A stretch of DNA of 43,152 bases, taken from the IMG/VR virus record IMGVR_UViG_3300043932_000299, positions 1 through 43,152 of that record, one strand, 5' to 3'. The notes under the pieces are model-generated. The model did no database searches. It saw nothing but the letters and a program-made list of their open reading frames with translations, and was not told the DNA's origin. The first letter of the stretch is position 1, and each line of letters opens with the position of its first letter. The stretch is from a virus. Taxonomy: Duplodnaviria > Caudoviricetes. A program made the translations under genes and the position numbers. Shown in pieces: positions 35,999 through 43,152 of this stretch.

Positions 35999-36385
35999 AT
36001 GAGTGATAGTACTATCGCTTCTCAAATAAAAAAATTAAGAAACAGCAGAGGATGGACTCAACCGCAGTTAGCCGATAAAATATCCGTTTCTAAACAAACA
36101 ATTTCAAATTGGGAAACTGGGTTAAAGGTACCACGCATGGGAGCTTTACAGAAGTTAGCTGGTATTTTTAATGTCCCTATTAGTGAAATTGTTAGTGATC
36201 AAATAGAGAATTCTTCAAATCAAGATTCTCATACCCCTAAAAATTTCGATATTAGGGAGACTGGTTTATTTAGAAAAACTGTTTCCGATAATGGACTTTC
36301 CGATGACGAGCAGGTTAAATTAGCTAAAGATATGGATGCATATTTGAAGTTTAGAGCTGAACAATTGCGTAAGGATAGAGGCTAA
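35999..36385 (+). CDS. CI-like (ImmR-type) repressor without autoproteolytic domain
   Basis: IKKLRNSRGWTQPQLA...TISNWETG HTH; AAGGAG RBS; followed by ImmA. Confidence 0.9.
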   Translation: MSDSTIASQIKKLRNSRGWTQPQLADKISVSKQTISNWETGLKVPRMGALQKLAGIFNVPISEIVSDQIENSSNQDSHTPKNFDIRETGLFRKTVSDNGLSDDEQVKLAKDMDAYLKFRAEQLRKDRG

Positions 36386-36390
36386 TAAAT

Positions 36391-37146
36391 ATGTATTTAC
36401 AAGATGTTGATAATAATTACATTTATCCTTTATTCAAAGTTGAATTAAATCACTGTGATAACTTGGTTGATTATAATGTTAAAAACCTTTTCCCAAAAAT
36501 ATTTAAAGGGTTTGATGTAACGTATTTAGAGTTCCCGTTTGATACTAAGGATATTTTGGGTCATACAATGAAAGATAGCTTGGGATTATCTGTAACAGTC
36601 AATAAAAATATAAATGATCCAGCAAGAAAATTGTTTACCCAGGCTCATGAATTTGGTCATATATTAATTCATGAGCCTATCCTTAAATCTTCTTCTATAG
36701 ATTTTGTGAATAGTATTAAAGAAAGTAACCTAAATAAAGTCGAGCAAGAAGCAAATTGGTTCGCAGCCAATCTAATATTACCAGTACAAGTTGCTTATGC
36801 ACATATAATTGAAAAACATACTGCAAAACAAATTAGATTCTTTTCAGGGCTATCAGTTCAGTCATCATTATTTCGTCTCGGCAATGTCTTAAAGAAAATT
36901 TATTGGATTCAAGATGAACAACTTATTGAAAGAATAATAAAGCAGTATGAATCGTGCAAACATTCGTACGAAGTTGAGCTATCGGCGTTGTATAAAATCT
37001 TAAACCAAGGGTATAAGTTGCCTCATATCGATTCTACTAGTGCCATTGAGGAAGTGCAAAATAGTCCTGAATTAATAGCAAAGTTACGGCAAAACAGTAA
37101 TCTAGCGGATTCAATTGCTAAGTCTTCACTCTCCACATTTCACTAG
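36391..37146 (+). CDS. immA: ImmA/IrrE family metallopeptidase (anti-repressor)
   Basis: RKLFTQAHEFGH and EQEANWFAANLILP. Confidence 0.92.
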   Translation: MYLQDVDNNYIYPLFKVELNHCDNLVDYNVKNLFPKIFKGFDVTYLEFPFDTKDILGHTMKDSLGLSVTVNKNINDPARKLFTQAHEFGHILIHEPILKSSSIDFVNSIKESNLNKVEQEANWFAANLILPVQVAYAHIIEKHTAKQIRFFSGLSVQSSLFRLGNVLKKIYWIQDEQLIERIIKQYESCKHSYEVELSALYKILNQGYKLPHIDSTSAIEEVQNSPELIAKLRQNSNLADSIAKSSLSTFH

Positions 37147-37287
37147 ATAATTTGAAAGTTATATATTATTAAATTCAAATGTTAGTATTTTCGATATCAT
37201 TAACCTCTAAGGTAAAAGACTAATTAATGAGGACCCATGTAGATTGACTAAGTAGATAATTTCATTGAGAGGAGCTGACTATGTAAA

Positions 37288-38193
37288 ATGAAACATTACT
37301 CTCAAGAGGAGAAAGAAGATAAAATAAGAACTTTTAATTCTATATATTACGATGGTAATCCTGATGATTGGAAAGTGTCCCGTTTACCTAACTGGATGCA
37401 GTCCTATGGATATCTGCTTGATAAAGAATTAAAGAATGAGCTGCCGTCTTATTACAGACGATTCCGTCAGGGAACTATTGTTATGATTGACTACGGTGTA
37501 ACAATCGGCAATGAGCTAGGTGGTAAGCACTTTGGTGTAGTCCTAAATAATGATGATACAAAATACAAAAGGAAAGTAACGGTTGTCCCACTATCATCTC
37601 ATCGGCACAAAGGATATATAGATTTAGGCTATGACCTAATGTCTGGTATAAATAATTTAATTGAACTACGCAAAGACGAAGAACAGAAAAAAATAAACAA
37701 ACTAATTAATAGATTAAACGAATTCAATAACAATCATAAAGACAATCACTTCTCCTTCTCAGATGAAGAAATTAAATTTATCAACAATAATGGTGTTAAA
37801 AATTTTCCTAAAGATGGCTCTACTATTGAGGTTAACTTTGTTAAAGATAATGATGAATTAGAATCTTTAATTAAGAATATTAAGCGAATAGATTCATGGG
37901 AACAGCACAAGAGTATTTTTGATTTTGTGTCATTTGTAGAAACAGCACTTACTTTCCGAAAGAGTATGAATAATAGTCTTAATGAATTAAGAGATAATTT
38001 ACTCCAAATGAAACAGCTAATAAAAAAGTTAACTAAATATAATAAACAATCTTATGCTGTTATTTCTGATATTAAATCAGTTAGCAAATTACGAGTTGTA
38101 AAGTTAAATCATTTTACAATTTCAGGAAACACTCGTATTTCTACTGAAAATTTAGATAAGATTAGACAGGGATTTATCAAAACTATTGAATAA
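37288..38193 (+). CDS. PemK/MazF-fold protein with large helical insertion
   Basis: QGTIVMIDYG..IGNELGGKHFGVVL...VTVVPLSS and, ~150 aa later, SYAVISDIKSVSKLRV. Confidence 0.85.
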   Translation: MKHYSQEEKEDKIRTFNSIYYDGNPDDWKVSRLPNWMQSYGYLLDKELKNELPSYYRRFRQGTIVMIDYGVTIGNELGGKHFGVVLNNDDTKYKRKVTVVPLSSHRHKGYIDLGYDLMSGINNLIELRKDEEQKKINKLINRLNEFNNNHKDNHFSFSDEEIKFINNNGVKNFPKDGSTIEVNFVKDNDELESLIKNIKRIDSWEQHKSIFDFVSFVETALTFRKSMNNSLNELRDNLLQMKQLIKKLTKYNKQSYAVISDIKSVSKLRVVKLNHFTISGNTRISTENLDKIRQGFIKTIE

Positions 38194-38214
38194 AAGTATT
38201 TCATATGACATAAT
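38186..38214 (+). promoter_or_regulatory. Promoter overlapping the PemK-like stop codon
   Basis: TTGAAT-N17-CATAAT with extended TG at 38206-38207. Confidence 0.65.
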
Positions 38215-38219
38215 GTAGT

Positions 38220-38319
38220 CATCGACAGAGATGCCGACCATTTAAATGGTCTTAATTTATTGCTCTATTAAGAGCGAGGGCTATATTATTTCATTTTGAA
38301 GTAATATAGCCCTCTTTTT
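38220..38319 (+). ncRNA. Candidate ~100-nt structured RNA downstream of PemK-like gene
   Basis: Consecutive hairpins 38220-38233, 38236-38251, 38262-38275, then 17-bp terminator stem 38276-38314 plus T5; no ORF. Confidence 0.6.
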
Positions 38320-38397
38320 AGTTTAAACATTATGGTGGGAGTACGTCCAAACACTGAAGACGTTAAAAGCTGAATATATTTCATTGAGGAGTTTAAT

Positions 38398-39735
38398 ATG
38401 GAAAGTATAATCGATGTATTAGATATTCCAGAAGACACTAGATATTGGTTCGTGAGAGCAAATAGTCAATCACAATATTATGAAGACTTTCTATATAATA
38501 ATTACATAGCTGTTGATTCTAACGGATTTAGTCTGGCTACTTTATTTGAGATTCCCTCAACTTTAAGAAGCTCAAAAGATGCCATGCTTGAAAAATACAA
38601 ACAACTTTTTGAAACACACGATTTAAAATTATTTAACTCTAAAGTTGCTAAAAAAGAACTGTCTGATGATGAGTTAAAAAAAGAAAAAACTAAAGAGCTA
38701 CGGAGAAGCTCTAACAGATCTAATAGAATTTTCCATTTTGTGGAAGAAATAAACATTAGCGATTTTGTAATTGTTCCATATAAATCTTCAGATAAATTTC
38801 TAATTGGGATTGTTACATCTGATTGCTTTGAAGAGAACATTAGTCATTTACAATTACTTGATGAGGATGGGAACCTTTCTTATGATATTTGTCCATTTTC
38901 TTTTAAACGACGTGTCCTATGGATTAAAGAACTATCAAGAAAACAATTTCCTGACAGTTTGTCGTGGATAAAGACAGCACACCAGAGTCTTTTTGACATA
39001 ACAGAATATGCTGAAAAATTAAATCCTTATATTAATCCAATATATAGATACAAAGGCAATGTTAACTATCGAATTGGGGTTAATACGAATCAGAACATTT
39101 CATCATCCTCATGGTTAGAATATCAAATATTATTGAAGAAATTGACTGGTCACAATTTAGATAACTTATATCAAAAGCAAAAAGTACAATCTCCTGGAGA
39201 AATAGTTTTATATGTTGTCCAAAATTATTGGTGGATTATACCATTAATAATGGCAGGTTTATTTGGAGATGTAGAAATTAAACATGGCCCAGTAAAAATG
39301 AAGTTTCAGGGTATTATCAGATATTTTTCTAAAGATGAGAAATTAAAAAGAAAATTATCGGCAGAGAAAGTTGAAACAGAACTTGCCCAAGAAAAAGCAA
39401 ATATTGATAATACTGATGCCGATACACTTAATAAACTGAAAGATGTTAATAAAACCAATCCTGATGTTAAAGAAAGTATTGACTATATTGTTAAATCCAT
39501 AAAAGAACGGCAACTTAATAATTTAGATAGAATTAATAAGGCATTTAGTGAAAGTGAAGATACAAAAAGCATCGCTTCTACTAACGAAAGCATAGAAAGC
39601 GATGCTGAAAAAATTGTATCAGATTTTAAATTATCTAATGAAGATCCGGGTTCTTTAATTCAATACGAAAACCAAGCGGATAGTCTGAACATTCCATCGG
39701 AAGGATCCTGTAAAAGCAAAGAAAAAGAATCGTGA
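38398..39735 (+). CDS. Uncharacterised accessory protein: EVE/PUA-like N-domain, hydrophobic segment, coiled-coil tail
   Basis: YWFVRA...F..NNYIAV, DFVIVP...FLIGIVTSD, KRRVLW resemble the N-domain of Mrr-type proteins; WWIIPLIMAGLFG. Confidence 0.7.
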   Translation: MESIIDVLDIPEDTRYWFVRANSQSQYYEDFLYNNYIAVDSNGFSLATLFEIPSTLRSSKDAMLEKYKQLFETHDLKLFNSKVAKKELSDDELKKEKTKELRRSSNRSNRIFHFVEEINISDFVIVPYKSSDKFLIGIVTSDCFEENISHLQLLDEDGNLSYDICPFSFKRRVLWIKELSRKQFPDSLSWIKTAHQSLFDITEYAEKLNPYINPIYRYKGNVNYRIGVNTNQNISSSSWLEYQILLKKLTGHNLDNLYQKQKVQSPGEIVLYVVQNYWWIIPLIMAGLFGDVEIKHGPVKMKFQGIIRYFSKDEKLKRKLSAEKVETELAQEKANIDNTDADTLNKLKDVNKTNPDVKESIDYIVKSIKERQLNNLDRINKAFSESEDTKSIASTNESIESDAEKIVSDFKLSNEDPGSLIQYENQADSLNIPSEGSCKSKEKES

Positions 39736-39862
39736 TTATTAAAACTAAAAGGGAACTGTTTATATGAAAAAAAAAGCTAATGATACTAGATAAAAACTCA
39801 ATTACTGAAACTATCAATATGTAGCCCCATACTTTTTGAACAATGTTCATCATTAGTATCAT
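39635..39862 (-). CDS. Possible small membrane protein, convergent with the 445-aa gene
   Basis: AAGGGAG RBS and TGtTATAAT upstream; two hydrophobic stretches; 101-nt antisense overlap lowers confidence. Confidence 0.4.
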   Translation of the reverse strand: MILMMNIVQKVWGYILIVSVIEFLSSIISFFFHINSSLLVLIITILFLCFYRILPMECSDYPLGFRIELKNPDLH

Positions 39863-39907
39863 CTCCCTTTTACTGTTATTATAACAGATTTTTGTTGAAT
39901 GAATTAT

Positions 39908-39986
39908 TAAAAAAAGCCCCCAGACAGCTGCAACTGTCCAGGGGCCAGGGTACGAATATATGCGAAGCTCGTACCCTTCTATTATA
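39908..39986 (-). ncRNA. Candidate antisense RNA/structured leader upstream of integrase
   Basis: Minus-strand TATAAT at ~39980-39985, hairpin AGGGTACGA/TCGTACCCT, then GGCCCC...GGGGCT plus T7 terminator. Confidence 0.5.
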
Positions 39987-40012
39987 CGTAATTATGATAG
40001 GAGGTTCAATCT

Positions 40013-41104
40013 ATGGCTAACTACAAAAAGCGTGGTAATGGTTGGCAAGCCCGAATTTCATGGTATAGCGGCGACGGCCAGCGCCATAATAAAAGCAAAG
40101 CAGGTTTCTCCACCAAATTACTAGCCAAGCGGTGGGCTACTGAACAGGAAGCTAAACTTAATCAGGGAGTAAATATTGGTAAAGAAATCACTCTAGTCGA
40201 TTACTATGACCAATGGGTCAAGACCTATAAGGAACCCAAAGTAGCACCGATTACAATGCACTTATATCAATTGACTGGCAACCGTCTTAAAACATATTTC
40301 CCAGGAGTTAAAATCAAGGACATTACCCGAGGCCAATACCAGGAATTTATTAACTGGTATGGGAAAGACCATGCACCGCAATCAGTTAAGAAGTTAAATA
40401 TGGCAGTACGTGGCTGTGTTCGATCCGCTATCCTTGACGACTATCTAATCAAAGACTTTACCCAAGGGGTCACCCTTACCGCCAACGACAGTAAAAGGGT
40501 TAAAGTTGACTACCTAAACTTAGCGGAAATTAAACAGCTCATTGAAGCCGCGCAAGCTGGTATCACTAAACACCGTTATACTAGCCGCTATATGATTCTG
40601 ACCGCCATCTATACCGGAATGCGGTTATCCGAAATTCAGGCGCTCACCTGGAAAGACATCGACTTTATTCATCATACCATCAGCATTAACAAATCATGGA
40701 ACGCAGCTGACCGTAGTTTCAAGCCTACTAAAAACAAATCATCAGTCCGAACTATTAAAATCAACCACAAACTAATTGCTTTATTGAAGCAATTAGCAGC
40801 TAGCCGACAAAGCAACCTAGTCTTTATGAATCAATATGGGACAGTCCCAACAAGCAATGCCGTTAATAAGACGCTCAGGAGCCTCCTGGAGGCCCTCAAT
40901 ATCCATCGGCGTAACTTTCACTTCCATAGCCTCAGACATAGCCACGTGGCCCTCCTGCTGGCTAAGGGCGTAGACATTTATGCGATTAGTAAAAGGTTGG
41001 GCCACAGTAACACAGCAACTACAAGCCAAATCTATGCCTACTTAATTGACGAGTACAAAGACCAAACGGATAATCAAATTGTAACTATCCTGGATAACAT
41101 TTGA
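40013..41104 (+). CDS. int: Tyrosine integrase
   Basis: Arm-binding N-terminus (GFSTK..A), TGMRLSE, HSLRH, LGHS, catalytic Y in IYAY. Confidence 0.97.
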   Translation: MANYKKRGNGWQARISWYSGDGQRHNKSKAGFSTKLLAKRWATEQEAKLNQGVNIGKEITLVDYYDQWVKTYKEPKVAPITMHLYQLTGNRLKTYFPGVKIKDITRGQYQEFINWYGKDHAPQSVKKLNMAVRGCVRSAILDDYLIKDFTQGVTLTANDSKRVKVDYLNLAEIKQLIEAAQAGITKHRYTSRYMILTAIYTGMRLSEIQALTWKDIDFIHHTISINKSWNAADRSFKPTKNKSSVRTIKINHKLIALLKQLAASRQSNLVFMNQYGTVPTSNAVNKTLRSLLEALNIHRRNFHFHSLRHSHVALLLAKGVDIYAISKRLGHSNTATTSQIYAYLIDEYKDQTDNQIVTILDNI

Positions 41105-41175
41105 TTTTGGGGTACACTTGGGGTACAAAATGCCGCAAACGCCTGATATATCAACACCCCTTATGGTCACCCGTT
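41105..41175. other. Probable right attachment region: arm-type repeats and candidate core
   Basis: TTGGGGTACA twice directly after int; candidate core near TTATGGTCACCCGT (41161-41174); partner site not in window. Confidence 0.5.
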
Positions 41176-41207
41176 CCATTTAAATGGAATTCTTTAAAAT
41201 CATGCAA

Positions 41208-41248
41208 AACAGCCCCAATCCCTTCATCAGCAAGGAGTTGGGGCTGTT
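41208..41248. terminator. Long hairpin to the right of the att region
   Basis: AACAGCCCCAA.TCC/GGAGTTGGGGCTGTT inverted repeat. Confidence 0.55.
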
Positions 41249-41417
41249 AGTTTATTTTGGAAAATCACTCAAAGCCTTTTCTAGCTCTGGCCTTCGTCAT
41301 TGGCAATCGACCCGGTCAAGAAAAAGTAAAGAATTAGCCAAGATTAATTCTAAAATCTTGCGGATAATTATCAGCCTATATAAACTAAAATTAAGATTAG
41401 CTTTGAGGTGATTAATT

Positions 41418-41534
41418 ATGTTACCATTCTTTATCATTGTATTAATCCTAGCTGGAGCGTTGGTTGGTCAAATCCTTTGGGGCAACCAACGCGAAGAACC
41501 AGTTGGTAAACACAGTGCCAAACGAAAGGCTTAA
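41418..41534 (+). CDS. 38-aa host membrane peptide
   Basis: Not in ORF track; GAGGTG RBS; MLPFFIIVLILAGALVGQILWG plus charged tail. Confidence 0.6.
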   Translation: MLPFFIIVLILAGALVGQILWGNQREEPVGKHSAKRKA

Positions 41535-41549
41535 TCTTTTTTCGTTCAA

Positions 41550-41599
41550 CAAAAGGCCGCCGCGATTCATTGTATTGATGAACCGCGGCGGTCTCTTTT
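41550..41599. terminator. Bidirectional terminator between convergent host genes
   Basis: AAAAGGCCGCCGCG.TTCAT/ATGAA.CGCGGCGGTCTCTTTT. Confidence 0.75.
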
Positions 41600-42143
41600 A
41601 TTGCTGGTCAAATTGTTGGTTGGTCGTCGTGACCATTTGCTGGTAAGCGCTGGTAATTTCAGCGGGACTAATCTCAAAGTCAACTATCCCAAGTTTCAAC
41701 AATAGGTGCCAAGCGTGACGAAGATCCTCCTGGTGGCGGCTGACATAGGCGCCATTCAGTAAATTCTTAATCGCCAAATATTCGCGATTAAGGTCTGCTA
41801 ACTGGTCTTTTTTGTCAGCACCGCTAATCCGTTGCCACTGTTCAGCACTCAGGACAATCAGGTGCGTCCATTGCCGTTTTGCACTAAACAGTAAGAACAA
41901 GGCCACCACCTTTACGTATTGCGCCACTAACTGCTGGTGGCTCGCTGGCTGATTCACGTGCAGAACATCGGCCCAACCAGCCAGGCTTGCAAAGCGGCTC
42001 AGCTGGACATCCAGCTGGAGATAAATAGTCTGCTGCCGCGTTTCAGGACCAATCAGCAAGTCATAGGCATCATCGACCGCCAGTTCGAGGTCGATTGCCT
42101 CGTGCAACAGCTTGGTAATGTCTAACTGCTTATTTGCGGTCAC
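41598..42143 (-). CDS. Host dimeric dUTPase-like (dUTPase_2) protein, degenerate
   Basis: All-alpha layout with L..QL..LD, LxVxL..FA...GW, L..YV....LFL, EI..AY; acidic catalytic residues look poorly conserved. Confidence 0.55.
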   Translation of the reverse strand: MTANKQLDITKLLHEAIDLELAVDDAYDLLIGPETRQQTIYLQLDVQLSRFASLAGWADVLHVNQPASHQQLVAQYVKVVALFLLFSAKRQWTHLIVLSAEQWQRISGADKKDQLADLNREYLAIKNLLNGAYVSRHQEDLRHAWHLLLKLGIVDFEISPAEITSAYQQMVTTTNQQFDQQ

Positions 42144-43152
42144 CTAGTTCATCCTCCTCTCGTTCTGCTTGCTCACTATCCGGCTGAAACACCTCGGTTG
42201 GCTGTTCAAAGGATTCCTCTTCATCCGCTGGCGCCACTACCAGCTTATCGGACCGGACTGCCAATTCAGCCCGGTTATTCAAATACCACTGCCGAATCAA
42301 GTTATAGTGCAGCAAGGTATCAAAGAACGAAACCCGGGAGTCAGGATCTTTAACCGCAAAGAACCACTGCTGACTGTAATCGTCCGGATCAAAGGCAATG
42401 TCTAATTTAATTCCCTGGTCCAGCATCAACTCTGCCCCATTGTTACGCGGCAAGTTCATCAGCATATAATCATTTTCTGCCGTAGCCACGAACAGGCGGT
42501 CAATCACCGTTAAGTCAAGGTCTGACCGTGCAAGGGCAAAGCGTTCCGTATTATCAGTATTAAGGATTCCCAAATTAATGGTAAAGTCAAGGTCCGTCGC
42601 TAACTCCTGTGCAAAGGCAATCAGTGGTTTTACAGCATCCCGCAGTTCTAAATCCGTATGCTTCTTGAGAGCCCGAACGATGAAGTAGTTTACCAGGGCC
42701 TGATTATTGAACTGGAAAAAGCGGTTCGCCAAATCAAGGTAAAAGAGCGGTTCTTGTTCCCCCTGCTCTGTAAAGGCCGCTTCCCCATCTTCACCAAGCT
42801 GGAACTTAAAGCTATCACTATCAGCAATCGGTTCGATCCGCGCGATAAATTGGTGCCGTGAATTTTCGGAAATCTGGATTGCATCGATACCATGCTTTTC
42901 CAGCAGGCGTCCCATAAAAATAAGATAGTAATCGACTGCTTGGTAGTGCTGTGGAAAATCAACAAAGGCGTTCTGCAAGTCCAGTTCGGCCAACTGGGTC
43001 GTCGCCGCCAACATCTCCTGAGCATCATCGGTTTCCGCTAACTGGTCTAACAACTCGACATAGTGCCGACCAAGTTTAAGGACGTCCTTAAAAGAGGCGG
43101 AGAGAGCAGTCAACCGGGCCTGTGGTGAGCTAATCATCTTATTATTGTTCAT
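42130..43152 (-). CDS. Host hypothetical acidic protein
   Basis: 340-aa ORF with host-like GC; overlaps start of dUTPase-like gene. Confidence 0.75.
   Translation of the reverse strand: MNNNKMISSPQARLTALSASFKDVLKLGRHYVELLDQLAETDDAQEMLAATTQLAELDLQNAFVDFPQHYQAVDYYLIFMGRLLEKHGIDAIQISENSRHQFIARIEPIADSDSFKFQLGEDGEAAFTEQGEQEPLFYLDLANRFFQFNNQALVNYFIVRALKKHTDLELRDAVKPLIAFAQELATDLDFTINLGILNTDNTERFALARSDLDLTVIDRLFVATAENDYMLMNLPRNNGAELMLDQGIKLDIAFDPDDYSQQWFFAVKDPDSRVSFFDTLLHYNLIRQWYLNNRAELAVRSDKLVVAPADEEESFEQPTEVFQPDSEQAEREEDELGDRK

Larger units (their letters stand above)
1..41175 (-). mobile_element. Temperate Siphoviridae-type prophage (left end/att outside window)
   Basis: Complete modular order lysis-tail-head-packaging-replication-lysogeny-integrase; host-like genes begin to the right of the integrase. 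Confidence 0.97.

Noticed and set aside
37147-37287. Possible ToxI-like upstream repeat array (GACTA-x-x-TA three times)
   Set aside because: Only 5-7 matching bases, irregular spacing (28 and 31 nt) and no terminator before the gene; not a classical type III array
39764-39793. + strand micro-ORF with an A9 tract as a phase-variable gene
   Set aside because: The one-base-shorter tract I translated gives only ~19 codons; no long or recognisable ORF results
41184-41411. 75-aa + strand ORF after the att region
   Set aside because: No RBS; it runs through a long hairpin and the promoter region of the next gene

Overview
About 41 kb of this window (1 to ~41,175) is a near-complete temperate siphovirus prophage of a Lactobacillaceae host. 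A Limosilactobacillus fermentum-like host is my inference from gene style and the more GC-rich flank. About 2 kb of host DNA follows on the right. Read right to left on the minus strand, the order is: integrase, an accessory/defence cassette, the ImmA-CI-Cro switch, antirepressor, a replication module (Gp157, SF2 helicase, Sak4-like ATPase, SSB, Prim-Pol, VapE helicase, iterated origin), ArpU late regulator, AT-rich morons, terminase, portal, MuF, scaffold, capsid, a long non-contractile tail, baseplate/fibre genes, holin-lysin and a Doc-like moron. The left att site is not in the window. The tape measure gene is frameshifted, so the prophage may be defective. Most notable observations: (1) an orphan PemK/MazF-fold gene with a large insertion, followed by a separately promoted ~100-nt multi-hairpin RNA (candidate RNA-antitoxin system); (2) an unannotated, divergently transcribed type I toxin-antitoxin-like locus with a 25-aa peptide and an sRNA carrying two antisense boxes; (3) a G7 tract that switches off one of two paralogous tail-tip genes; (4) a MuF protein with a C-terminal HExxH metallopeptidase and a candidate immunity gene; (5) a repeated structured RNA motif in a late operon full of terminators; (6) a perfect 44-bp palindrome that forms a bidirectional promoter. 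All family calls come from motifs recognised by eye; no database search was run.
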